Made by a program: the position numbers and the translations under genes. DNA of 64,000 nt from Candidatus Omnitrophota bacterium (GTDB lineage Bacteria > Omnitrophota > Gorgyraeia > Gygaellales > JAQTUX01): assembly GCA_028707125.1 (NCBI GenBank), contig JAQTUX010000001.1:77639-141638 (forward strand), given 5' to 3'. Under the pieces are notes generated by a model. That model was not told the origin of the DNA, did no database searches, and saw only the letters and a program-made list of their open reading frames with translations. The stretch's first letter is position 1. Each line of letters opens with the position of its first letter. This document shows, piece after piece, positions 46,050-57,905 of this stretch.

Positions 46050-47397
46050 CCGGAGAATCCCATTGTACAGCGCTCAAAAATACATGCTCATTGTCAGAAT
46101 AAACAAACCCCGGCTTTAAAACAAGAGAGAGACTGCCTTCTTTGGGGTCAAGGACAGAGGGCAGTACAACGTACTGATTCTTGTTTCTGCTTATGAACCC
46201 CTGCCCCTTGGCGAACAGTGTGCCCTGGGCCTTCAAAACTGCCGCCGGGACCTCTCCTGTTACCTTATCCACGGGTTTTCTCAGCCGCCTTGCGCTGATC
46301 TGAGGGTTGGCTACCTCTTCAGGGGTATCAAGCTTACTCCGCATAACAATGTCACCGCTGCGCAAATCCATGGGGTCGGTCCTGATCCTGGATTTGTATA
46401 CGCGTAAATCATATACGTATGAGTTGGAAGGGAACTGCCCGGTTTGCGACTGCGCCCCTATCCAGATATTGTTAAAAAACCCTGCTTCGCCCCACCTTCC
46501 TTCGGCGCTGCCCACCTCTACATTATTGATAAACATGCGTATGCTCTTGCTGCCCGGCAGCCGGGCGGTATTTGAATAAGAAATACTGACCTCCAGATTC
46601 TGGTTAGGGTCAAATGACGCGGGCCACTCTACCTTACGGCCCTTTAGCGAGCCATTCTCATATACCACAAACACAAGCCTGCCCCGTTCCGCTCCGATTT
46701 GTGCCGGCATATCCAGAGGATATATATGAGTGGCGTCTGTGAGTATCGGCTCTGCCGGGCCTATGGCGCCTGCCAGGTCTTTGATGGTATCCCTTGCCTG
46801 CGCGAGATACACGGCTCTTCGAGAAGGACCTTGCGGCACCAACAGCTTCTCATCCTCCATCCTTTGCCTGAGCACCCGCACGTGATCATCCACCGCCTCT
46901 CGCGCCCCTCTGTGGTAATGGAGGTCTACAAGACGATCTGAGTCCGCGTCGACGTATGGCTGTTTAAAAGGACAGACGGGTATCTCGCCTTCAAAGTTAA
47001 CCGCCTGCAACAACTCCTGTATGCCGGGCCATTTGCCTTGCCGCTTGAACATGCTGAACCACGCCTCATTGATCCTGTAAATGTTCTGCGCGCACCTGTC
47101 GGCATCGTTTATGGCTGCCCGCTTAATGCCTCTGGCCTGTATCATCACCGTGGAGAACCTGCCTATGGTCAGTATCCTCGCGGGCTGCCAGCCGTCGAGA
47201 GGCTCGATCCCATGGTGCCTTAAAACAGATATGTAGTCGGCATCTTTGGGTTCGGGCGGAAGGTCTTTATCATACCCGGCCGCCTTAACGATCATCTCGG
47301 CAAACTCGCTTTCGCTGATCCTGCTGAACTCATCCTGCGCCGACACACCGTAAGAAAACAGTAACTGCAAAACCAGAATCAAAATACCTGTCTTCAT
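46009..47397 (-). CDS. Secreted hypothetical protein
   Basis: 462 aa. The signal peptide is MKTGILILVLQLLFSYGVSAQ. No confident family was recognised. Confidence 0.4.
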   Translation of the reverse strand: MKTGILILVLQLLFSYGVSAQDEFSRISESEFAEMIVKAAGYDKDLPPEPKDADYISVLRHHGIEPLDGWQPARILTIGRFSTVMIQARGIKRAAINDADRCAQNIYRINEAWFSMFKRQGKWPGIQELLQAVNFEGEIPVCPFKQPYVDADSDRLVDLHYHRGAREAVDDHVRVLRQRMEDEKLLVPQGPSRRAVYLAQARDTIKDLAGAIGPAEPILTDATHIYPLDMPAQIGAERGRLVFVVYENGSLKGRKVEWPASFDPNQNLEVSISYSNTARLPGSKSIRMFINNVEVGSAEGRWGEAGFFNNIWIGAQSQTGQFPSNSYVYDLRVYKSRIRTDPMDLRSGDIVMRSKLDTPEEVANPQISARRLRKPVDKVTGEVPAAVLKAQGTLFAKGQGFISRNKNQYVVLPSVLDPKEGSLSLVLKPGFVYSDNEHVFLSAVQWDSPDGADGFYLYYQPE

Positions 47398-47828
47398 ATC
47401 GCACCGCCATCCTTTCTAAAAACGCGCTTCAGATACGCGAGCCATCTGCCGACCCTGAAGCTCCATAGTCCTTCGCGTTCTGTTTTGTTTATGAAACTTA
47501 TGTAATCCAAAACATCCTTGCGGTCATCTTCGCCTATTTCTAAAAACCTCGCGCCGACATCAAACAGGTCGGTGCCCTTGACAGGCCTCGCCCAGACGGT
47601 CTTCAGGCGCGCCTTTATTGACTTGCCGAACACCGGCATATTAATTTCTATCTCAAGATTTTGCCCGATGGTGAGAGGATCTTTAACGCGGAGCAGGAGC
47701 CCGTCTAAGCTGATGTTGCGAGACACAGAGGCAACCGGCATTGTTGACTCGGATGCCCCCTGAGGCCTGTATTTGACAAGGAAATAGATCGGCGTGCGGG
47801 GAAACTGCCTTTTATTCTGCTTTTTCAT
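47394..47828 (-). CDS. Stand-alone PilZ-domain protein, a putative c-di-GMP receptor
   Basis: 144 aa. It has an RxxxR-like motif (RQFPRTP) and NISLDG (D/NxSxxG). Confidence 0.6.
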   Translation of the reverse strand: MKKQNKRQFPRTPIYFLVKYRPQGASESTMPVASVSRNISLDGLLLRVKDPLTIGQNLEIEINMPVFGKSIKARLKTVWARPVKGTDLFDVGARFLEIGEDDRKDVLDYISFINKTEREGLWSFRVGRWLAYLKRVFRKDGGAI

Positions 47829-48111
47829 ATCATACCTTAATCTCTTATTCTATTGATAGTTATATTGTTTGTCAATTTATATTATGAATAAAACGCCTTG
47901 TTTCTCGTCTGTCGGTCGCGGTTGCGCCGCTCGTATCGTTTTACGTTATACGCATAACGTAACCAGCCGCGCAACCGTCCAACGTTAGACGAGTTTTAAA
48001 TTTCTGCTTGCAAATAACAACATCTTTGTTATAATGGTGATGTTTTCAAAAACAACGGGGATTTTTACGTATCGTATGGCGGTTCTTGTTTATTTTCCCC
48101 TGTTAATAATC

Positions 48112-48129
48112 TGTGGATTCTGTGGATAA
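48112..48129. promoter_or_regulatory. Tandem DnaA boxes immediately upstream of dnaA
   Basis: TGTGGATTC followed by TGTGGATAA. The second is the exact reverse complement of the consensus TTATCCACA. A TATAAT-like -10 element lies at ~48031. Confidence 0.6.
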
Positions 48130-48140
48130 TTTATAACGAT

Positions 48141-49505
48141 ATGGGCACTTCTCCCCTTGTAGCAGCCTGGGAACAGGCAAGACAGATAATTAAGCATAAT
48201 ATAGGCCAATCCGCGTTTGACACCTGGCTTGAACCCTTACAGGCGAAGTCAAAAGACAAAACGTTGATTACGTTAGAGGCCCCGGACGTCTTTTTTAAAG
48301 AATGGGTGTCCCAGCGCTATCTCGGGATAATCAAGGATTCTCTCGTAAAAATCTGTGGATATCCTGTTACTGTTGAGTTACAGGCCGGCGCCGGCACATC
48401 CGGCGCGCCGGCGCCATCTGGCGGCTACGCGCATAATACATATGCCTCGGAATTAAAAAATGCCGCGGGCCCTGCCGTGAACATCGTAACCGCGCTCAAT
48501 CCTAAATACACATTTGATAACTTTATAGTCGGAAGCGCCAACAGGTTCGCGCACGCCGCGTCTATGGCTGTGGCGGAAAGCCCGGCCAAATCCTACAACC
48601 CTTTATTTATATATGGAGGGGTAGGTTTGGGGAAAACCCATCTTATGCAGGCGATATGCCACTTCGCGTTAAAGAAATACCCCGCCATAAAGATCTGCTA
48701 CCTTCCATCGGAACGTTTCACCAACGAGCTTATAGACGCGATACAGCACCGTTCTACGCAGCAATTCAGGCACAAATACCGCGGGGCGGATATATTGGTA
48801 ATAGACGATATCCATTTTATAGCGGGCAAGGAGTCCACGCAAGAGGAGTTTTTCCACACGTTTAATACCTTATACGACGCGCACAAACAGATAATCATCT
48901 CTTCCGACAGGCCGCCCAAAGAAATAGCCGGCCTCGAAGAAAGGCTGGTATCGCGGTTCAGTTGGGGCCTGATCACGGATATCCAAATGCCGGATTTTGA
49001 AACGCGGGTGGCGATACTGAAAAAAAAGATAGAACGCGAGCCGGTCAACGTCCCCGACGACGTTATATTCTTTATAGCGGAATTTATAACAACCAATATC
49101 AGAGAGTTGGAGGGGGCGCTGATAAGGGTTGTCGCGTACTCTCTGTTAGAGGAAAAACCTATTACACTCCAACAGGCCAAAGAGGTCCTCGGGGATACCA
49201 TTAAAAACAACAAAAAATCCATCACGGTCGAGGGTATTCAAAAAATGGTTGCCGACAACTTCGGGATATCCCTGTTGGACATAAAGACAAGAAGGCGCAA
49301 TAAAAACATTGTTTTCCCCAGACAGGTAGCGATGTATATAAGCAGGGAATTGACCGAGTTTTCTCTTCCGGAAATAGGTGAGTTTTTTGGGGGAAAAGAC
49401 CACACGACCGTATTACACGCTTACAATAAGATCAAAGAACATATTAACAGAGATGCCGACCTGCGCGGTAAAATACAAAAACTTATTAAAGATATCACAC
49501 AATAA
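48141..49505 (+). CDS. dnaA: Chromosomal replication initiator protein DnaA
   Basis: 454 aa. The AAA+ Walker A is GGVGLGKTHL, with sensor motifs and a C-terminal DNA-binding domain. Confidence 0.95.
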   Translation: MGTSPLVAAWEQARQIIKHNIGQSAFDTWLEPLQAKSKDKTLITLEAPDVFFKEWVSQRYLGIIKDSLVKICGYPVTVELQAGAGTSGAPAPSGGYAHNTYASELKNAAGPAVNIVTALNPKYTFDNFIVGSANRFAHAASMAVAESPAKSYNPLFIYGGVGLGKTHLMQAICHFALKKYPAIKICYLPSERFTNELIDAIQHRSTQQFRHKYRGADILVIDDIHFIAGKESTQEEFFHTFNTLYDAHKQIIISSDRPPKEIAGLEERLVSRFSWGLITDIQMPDFETRVAILKKKIEREPVNVPDDVIFFIAEFITTNIRELEGALIRVVAYSLLEEKPITLQQAKEVLGDTIKNNKKSITVEGIQKMVADNFGISLLDIKTRRRNKNIVFPRQVAMYISRELTEFSLPEIGEFFGGKDHTTVLHAYNKIKEHINRDADLRGKIQKLIKDITQ

Positions 49506-49664
49506 ATCCAAAGGATATGCAAAGCATATACAAGGCGCCACGATGGCTTAATCTTTGAATTATTATAGGGTTGCGTACTTATTACAGTAACGCAACCCTA
49601 TTACTACTAATACGTTTATTCTTTAAAATAATATTAATCATATTCAAACATTGGGGACGCGGGG

Positions 49665-49701
49665 ATAACAAGGAGATAATCGATGAAATTTAAAACCCAG
49701 A
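49665..49701. other. 12-bp-stem hairpin in the dnaA-dnaN spacer, followed by an AT-rich tract
   Basis: ATAGGGTTGCGT-(13 nt)-ACGCAACCCTAT, followed by tttattctttaaaataatattaatcatattc. It could be a dnaA terminator or part of a DNA unwinding element. Confidence 0.4.
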
Positions 49702-50777
49702 AGCAAGGCCTGCTCAACGGTACATCTATAGTGCAAAACGCGATCAATCCAAGGGGCGCGTTGCCTATCTTATCTAATATATTATTGGAGGATTATCAAA
49801 AAACACTAAGGTTGATCTCCACCGATCTGGATATTTGCGTGAGTTATTCCCTGGTAGTGGATTCGCAGGAGGATGGCGCTATAACCGTTCCCGCCAAAAG
49901 GTTTTTTGATATTATACGAGAGCTACCCGAAGGAGAGGTGTCTGTAACCACCAAAAAAAACAATATGGTAACAATCGAATCCCAAAACTGCCTGTTTAAA
50001 ATAATGGGGCTGCCGAAAGAGGATTTTCCAAAACTGCCCGAATTCAAAGATAAAGAGGCGATCAAGATCGAGCAAGGGGTTTTAAAAGAGATGTTCGCCT
50101 TGACATCTTTTGCCGTTTCTCATGATGAAGCAAGGTATATTCTGAACGGTATTTTAATGAAGATCAAAAAGAACGCTTTGACGCTGGTTGCTACCGATGG
50201 GCGGCGCCTGGCTATAATTGAAAGAAAGATCGATTTTAACAGCACCAAAGAAACACAAGCGATCATACCCCTGAAAACAATCCAGGAGTTATTGAGAAAT
50301 CTTAATGAAGAAAAGGAATTGTCTTTAGTGATGACCCATAACCAGGCACTCTTTGATATGGGCCAGACAACGGTGATCTCCCGGTTGATCGAGGGGGAAT
50401 TCCCTGATTATCAACAGGTTGTCCCGGCTCCGGCAGAAGACAAGATAATTGTGGACAGGGAGCCGTTTTTATTAGCGGTAAAACGCGCGTCATTATTAGC
50501 CACTCCTGATTATCAGGCGGTAAAAATGGAGGTGTTTAAAAACAGAATGATCCTTTCCAAGTCTACTCCCGACATAGGAGAATCCAGGGAGGAGGTAGAG
50601 GTGGAGTATCAGGGTAAAGAAATGGTTATAGGTTTTAATCCATCCTTTTTAGTGGATGCCCTGAAGAACCTCAAGATAGAAAAGGTCTGTTTTGAGATCG
50701 CGGGAGCGGATAAGCCGGGGGTAATAAGGACGGACAACAACTATATATATGTTGTTTTGCCGATGCGCCTCAGTTAG
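49683..50777 (+). CDS. dnaN: DNA polymerase III beta sliding clamp
   Basis: 364 aa with the three-domain beta-clamp pattern. Confidence 0.9.
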   Translation: MKFKTQKQGLLNGTSIVQNAINPRGALPILSNILLEDYQKTLRLISTDLDICVSYSLVVDSQEDGAITVPAKRFFDIIRELPEGEVSVTTKKNNMVTIESQNCLFKIMGLPKEDFPKLPEFKDKEAIKIEQGVLKEMFALTSFAVSHDEARYILNGILMKIKKNALTLVATDGRRLAIIERKIDFNSTKETQAIIPLKTIQELLRNLNEEKELSLVMTHNQALFDMGQTTVISRLIEGEFPDYQQVVPAPAEDKIIVDREPFLLAVKRASLLATPDYQAVKMEVFKNRMILSKSTPDIGESREEVEVEYQGKEMVIGFNPSFLVDALKNLKIEKVCFEIAGADKPGVIRTDNNYIYVVLPMRLS

Positions 50778-50794
50778 CCGGGCGCCTGCTTAGC

Positions 50795-51091
50795 ATGCAG
50801 CAGATCAAAGATACGGTTAAAAAGATAGTCGGGGAGATCGGCAGCAGGCGTTCGGGTAATGAATGCGTGGCGCGGGCTTTTGAAAAGGCCTTTTCCAGGC
50901 CGGAAAAAAAGCACTTGAGATTTATCGGTTGCAAAAATAAAATATGTGTGGTAAATGTAGATACTTCGGGATGGCTGTATCATTTAAGCTTGAAGAAAGA
51001 AAGGGTGAGGAAGCTGATCAATGAAGAACTCGGTGGTAAGGGCGGCTCATCGGCGGTAGATGATATAAGGTTCCGCATCGGAGAGGTATAG
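50795..51091 (+). CDS. DUF721-family (DciA-like) protein
   Basis: 98 aa. …ICVVNVDTSGWLYHLSLKKERVRKLINEELG…DIRFRIG matches the DUF721 pattern. It has the conserved position upstream of gyrB. Confidence 0.55.
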   Translation: MQQIKDTVKKIVGEIGSRRSGNECVARAFEKAFSRPEKKHLRFIGCKNKICVVNVDTSGWLYHLSLKKERVRKLINEELGGKGGSSAVDDIRFRIGEV

Positions 51092-51095
51092 ATAA

Positions 51096-53549
<2,454 letters not shown>

Positions 53550-53552
53550 ACT

Positions 53553-55982
53553 ATGTATACCCGCAACGAAAAGATAATACCGGTTTATATTGAAGACGAG
53601 GTCAAGGATTCGTATCTGAATTACGCGATGAGCGTGATCGTCGGCCGCGCCCTTCCCGACGTGCGCGACGGCTTAAAGCCGGTGCATCGCAGGATCCTTT
53701 ACGCGATGCAGGAGCTGGGGCTTGAGCACAACAGGTCCTATAAAAAATGCGCCCGTATCGTCGGAGAGGTCCTGGGCAAGTATCATCCTCACGGCGACGT
53801 GGCGGTGTATGACGCGTTAGTGAGGATGGCGCAGGATTTTTCCTTACGCTATCCTTTAGTGGACGGCCAGGGCAACTTCGGCTCTGTTGACGGCGACGCG
53901 GCGGCGGCGATGCGTTATACCGAGGCGAGGCTGGCCGGCATCGCGCAGGAAATACTGGCGGACATCGACAAGGACACCGTAAACTTCGGACCGAACTTCG
54001 ACGCTTCTTTGCAGGAGCCGCTTCTTTTGCCCGCGGCGCTGCCGAATCTTTTGATCAACGGTTCCAGCGGCATAGCCGTAGGCATGGCCACGAATATACC
54101 GCCGCATAATTTGAAAGAAGTGGCGGACGCCATAATCTACCTTTTAGATAATCCCGCGGCAGAGATCAAAGACCTGATGCGCTATGTCAAAGGGCCGGAC
54201 TTTCCTACGGGCGCGATCATTTGCGGCCGGCAGGGGATCAAAGACGCCTATATGACAGGCAAGGGCAAAGTCCTGGTGCGCGCGCGGGCTACGGTAGAAC
54301 ATCAGAAAAACGGTAAAGATCTGATCGCTGTCAGCGAGATCCCTTATCAGGTGCAGAAATCTTCCCTGATCGAAGCCATAGCCGGGCTTGTGGACGACAA
54401 AAAGATCGAAGGTATTTCCGATATCCGTGATGAGTCCGACAAGGAAGGTATGCGCATAGTCGTGGAACTCAAACGCGATGCCGAGCCGCAGATCATCTTA
54501 AACCAGCTGTATAAGCATACACAGTTAGAGGTGACCTTCGGTATAATCATGCTCGCGCTCGTGGATAACCGGCCGCGGGTCCTCAATCTGCGCCAGATAC
54601 TCGAGGCCTATATTACGCACCGCAAGATAATCATCCGCAGGCGCACGCAGTTTGAACTGGACAAGGCGCTCAAACGCGCGCACATCCTGGAGGGGCTGAA
54701 GATCGCCCTCAAGTTTATAGACCGCATTATTAAGGCGATCAAGACCTCAAAGAATACCGAAGAGGCGAAGCATCGCCTGATGAAAGAATTCGGGCTCTCC
54801 GAGATCCAGTCCCAGGCGATCCTGGAGATGCAGCTGCAGCGCCTGACCGCCCTGGAACGCGATAAGATCGACGCCGAATACGCGGAATTACTCAAGAAGA
54901 TCGAATTGTGCAGGGCCATCCTCGCCTCCGAGAAAAAGATAGAAGGCATTATTAAAGAAGAATTGGAAGGGCTTAAGAAAAAATACGCCGACCCCAGGCG
55001 CACGGATATCGTGGGGGAAGTAGAGGAGCTGGAGGTGGAGGACCTGATCGCCGAGGAGGACGTAGTCGTAACCATAAGCCACGGCGGCTATATAAAGCGG
55101 CTTCCGGTAAGCGCCTACCGCAAACAAAAGCGCGGGGGCAGAGGCGTTACGGGCGCCGAGGTTAAAGAAGAGGATTTTATTGAGCATCTTTTTGTGGCGT
55201 CCACAAAGGACTATCTGCTTATTTTTACCGATAAAGGCCAGGTGCATTGGCAGAAGGTATATGAGATCCCCCAGGCGGGCCGGGCATCAAAAGGCAAGGC
55301 CATAGTGAACCTTCTGCAGGTAGAACCGGGAGCAAAAATAAGCTCTACCATACCTATTAAGGAATTCTCCGCGGACAAGTATCTGGTCATGGTCACAAAG
55401 CAAGGCCAGGTCAAGAAGACAAAATTGGACGCTTACAGCAACCCGCGCAAAGGCGGCATCATCGGCATCACCCTTGATAAAGGCGATGAGTTGATCGGCG
55501 TGGAATTGACCGACGGCAAACAGGAATTGCTTATCGGTACCCGCCAGGGCAAGGCCGTGCGTTTTTCCGAGGCCAATGTGCGCGATATGGGCAGGGCCGC
55601 GCACGGCGTTCGCGGCATAAAATTAGCCAAAAGCGACCAGGTCATCGCGATGGTGGTGGTGCAAAAGGGCGCTACAATATTGACCGTAACGGAATTGGGG
55701 TTTGCCAAGCGCACGCCCATAGATGAATACCGCCTGACCAGCCGCGGCGGCAAAGGGATCATCAATATGAAGATCACCGGCAAAAACGGCCCCGCGGTAA
55801 GCCTCAAAGGCGTCGGCGACAAAGACGAGCTCATGGTGATCACGGAGAACGGGATATTTTTGCGTTGCGCGGTCAAGGACATCCGCCATACGGGCAGGGC
55901 CGCGCAGGGCGTGCATTTGATAAAACTGGACGACAAGGATCGCGTTTCCTGCATCGCGCCCTTAATCAGCGAGGAAGAATAA
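53553..55982 (+). CDS. gyrA: DNA gyrase subunit A
   Basis: 809 aa. The active-site Tyr region is [10 protein letters not shown], and C-terminal beta-pinwheel repeats are present. Confidence 0.95.
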   Translation: MYTRNEKIIPVYIEDEVKDSYLNYAMSVIVGRALPDVRDGLKPVHRRILYAMQELGLEHNRSYKKCARIVGEVLGKYHPHGDVAVYDALVRMAQDFSLRYPLVDGQGNFGSVDGDAAAAMRYTEARLAGIAQEILADIDKDTVNFGPNFDASLQEPLLLPAALPNLLINGSSGIAVGMATNIPPHNLKEVADAIIYLLDNPAAEIKDLMRYVKGPDFPTGAIICGRQGIKDAYMTGKGKVLVRARATVEHQKNGKDLIAVSEIPYQVQKSSLIEAIAGLVDDKKIEGISDIRDESDKEGMRIVVELKRDAEPQIILNQLYKHTQLEVTFGIIMLALVDNRPRVLNLRQILEAYITHRKIIIRRRTQFELDKALKRAHILEGLKIALKFIDRIIKAIKTSKNTEEAKHRLMKEFGLSEIQSQAILEMQLQRLTALERDKIDAEYAELLKKIELCRAILASEKKIEGIIKEELEGLKKKYADPRRTDIVGEVEELEVEDLIAEEDVVVTISHGGYIKRLPVSAYRKQKRGGRGVTGAEVKEEDFIEHLFVASTKDYLLIFTDKGQVHWQKVYEIPQAGRASKGKAIVNLLQVEPGAKISSTIPIKEFSADKYLVMVTKQGQVKKTKLDAYSNPRKGGIIGITLDKGDELIGVELTDGKQELLIGTRQGKAVRFSEANVRDMGRAAHGVRGIKLAKSDQVIAMVVVQKGATILTVTELGFAKRTPIDEYRLTSRGGKGIINMKITGKNGPAVSLKGVGDKDELMVITENGIFLRCAVKDIRHTGRAAQGVHLIKLDDKDRVSCIAPLISEEE

Positions 55983-55988
55983 TCTCAC

Positions 55989-56063
55989 GACCCCATCGTC
56001 TAGCCTGGTCCAGGACAAGAGCTTTTCAAGCTCTCGACGCGGGTTCAAATCCCGCTGGGGTCG
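55989..56063 (+). tRNA. tRNA-Glu (anticodon TTC)
   Basis: Acceptor GACCCCA/TGGGGTC, anticodon stem AGAGC/GCTCT with loop TTTTCAA, and T-arm GCGGG-TTCAAAT-CCCGC. Confidence 0.8.
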
Positions 56064-56072
56064 CTTTTTATT

Positions 56073-57905
56073 ATGTGCGGCATAGTCGGATATATAGGCC
56101 GGAAACAGGCAGCGCCCCTGCTTATCGAGGGGCTTAAACGGCTTGAATACAGAGGGTATGATTCAGCCGGGCTGGCGCTTTTAACGGCCAGGGATAAATT
56201 ATTTATAAAGAAGCGCAAAGGAAAGATCTCCGGCCTCATTGAAGCCCTGGATAAAGAAGGTATTCCGGCATCTACCCTGGGCATTGCTCATACCAGATGG
56301 GCCACGCACGGAGCCCCCACCGAAACAAACGCCCACCCGCATACCGGCTGCGCTCCCAAAATATGCCTCGTTCATAACGGCATTATAGAAAATTACCAGG
56401 AACTCAAATCCTCACTCGCGAAACAAGGCCATAAGTTTAAATCAGAGACCGATACCGAGGTCGCGGCGCATCTTATTGAGGAGTATTATAAGGGCAGCCT
56501 TTTTGAAGCGGTAAAGCGGGCCGTTAAAAGAATAAAAGGGTCTTTTGCCTTCGGCGTTATCTGCGCGCGAGAGCCGGATATATTGGTGTGCGCCCGCCGG
56601 GACAGCCCGCTTATCGTGGGAATAGGCAGGGGCGAGAACTTCATCGCCTCCGACGCGCCCGCTATCCTAAGGCACACAAAGGACGTGATCTATCTTGAGG
56701 ATGACCAGGTTGCCGAGCTCAACCGCGAGACGGTCAGGATAGCCGATGCCAGAGGCAGGGCTGTCAAGCCCAGGATCCACGCGATTAACTGGGACCTGTC
56801 CAGCGCTGAAAAAGAAGGGCTTCCTCATTTTATGTTGAAAGAAATATTTGAGCAGCCCAAGGTTTTAAAGAGGATCATCTCCAGCAGGGTCTCAAGATCA
56901 GGCCGGATAATTTTTAAAGACAGCCGCATCCCCGATAGCGAGCTCAAGGCCGTAAGAGATATAATAATCGTTGCCTGCGGTACCGCCTATCATGCCGGGC
57001 TGGTAGGAAAGTACGCGATAGAGGCGATAGCCAGGGTGCCTGTTTGGGTGGACTTGTCCAGCGAGTTCAGATATAGAGACCCCATTATTAACAAAAATAC
57101 CCTGGTTATCTCTATAAGCCAGTCAGGAGAGACCGCGGACACTTTAGCGGCAGTGCGCCAGGCAAAGGCGAAAGGCGCTAAGGCATTGACTATTTGCAAT
57201 GTAGTGGGCTCCTCTATTGTCCGGGAGTCGGATTGGGTCATCTATACTATGGCAGGCCCTGAAATAGGCGTTGCGTCTACCAAGGCATATACGGCGCAGA
57301 TCATGACGTTGTATCTGTTGGCCATATACCTCGCGTCTTTAAAAAATAGCGTATCTGCCGGCCGCAGAGGCCAGTTGTTGAAATCACTGAAGGCGATCCC
57401 CCTGCTTTGCGAGGCTGTATTATCAGGCCACAGGCAGATAAGATCGGTCGCCAATAAGCATTCGCATTTTGGCTGCTTTCTGTTTTTGGGCAGGAATATC
57501 AATTATCCTACCGCGCTGGAGGGCGCGCTCAAGTTAAAAGAGATCTCCTACATTCCGGCCGAGGGCTATGCTGCCGGAGAAATGAAGCACGGGCCCATTG
57601 CCTTGATCGATGAATACAGGGCGGTTGTGTGCGTCGCCCCCCATTCCAGGACATATGAAAAGATGGTCTCCAACATACAGGAGATACGCAGCCGCAGGGG
57701 CCGGGTTATCGCCATATCCACCCGGGACAATGACCATATTAAAGAGCACGCGGATGAAATAATCTATATTCCCAAAACAGAGGAAATATTTTCTCCTTTA
57801 CTTGCCGTTATACCCCTTCAGCTCATAGCTTATTATATAGCGGTCAACCGCAAATGCGACGTGGACCAGCCGCGCAACCTTGCTAAATCCGTAACCGTTG
57901 AATAA
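56073..57905 (+). CDS. glmS: Glutamine--fructose-6-phosphate aminotransferase
   Basis: 610 aa. MCGIVGY is the N-terminal nucleophile Cys. Two SIS domains are present and the protein ends …VTVE. Confidence 0.95.
   Translation: MCGIVGYIGRKQAAPLLIEGLKRLEYRGYDSAGLALLTARDKLFIKKRKGKISGLIEALDKEGIPASTLGIAHTRWATHGAPTETNAHPHTGCAPKICLVHNGIIENYQELKSSLAKQGHKFKSETDTEVAAHLIEEYYKGSLFEAVKRAVKRIKGSFAFGVICAREPDILVCARRDSPLIVGIGRGENFIASDAPAILRHTKDVIYLEDDQVAELNRETVRIADARGRAVKPRIHAINWDLSSAEKEGLPHFMLKEIFEQPKVLKRIISSRVSRSGRIIFKDSRIPDSELKAVRDIIIVACGTAYHAGLVGKYAIEAIARVPVWVDLSSEFRYRDPIINKNTLVISISQSGETADTLAAVRQAKAKGAKALTICNVVGSSIVRESDWVIYTMAGPEIGVASTKAYTAQIMTLYLLAIYLASLKNSVSAGRRGQLLKSLKAIPLLCEAVLSGHRQIRSVANKHSHFGCFLFLGRNINYPTALEGALKLKEISYIPAEGYAAGEMKHGPIALIDEYRAVVCVAPHSRTYEKMVSNIQEIRSRRGRVIAISTRDNDHIKEHADEIIYIPKTEEIFSPLLAVIPLQLIAYYIAVNRKCDVDQPRNLAKSVTVE

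Noticed and set aside
55983-56072. Possible glmS ribozyme upstream of glmS
   Set aside because: The entire upstream spacer is occupied by tRNA-Glu, leaving no room for the ~150-nt ribozyme.
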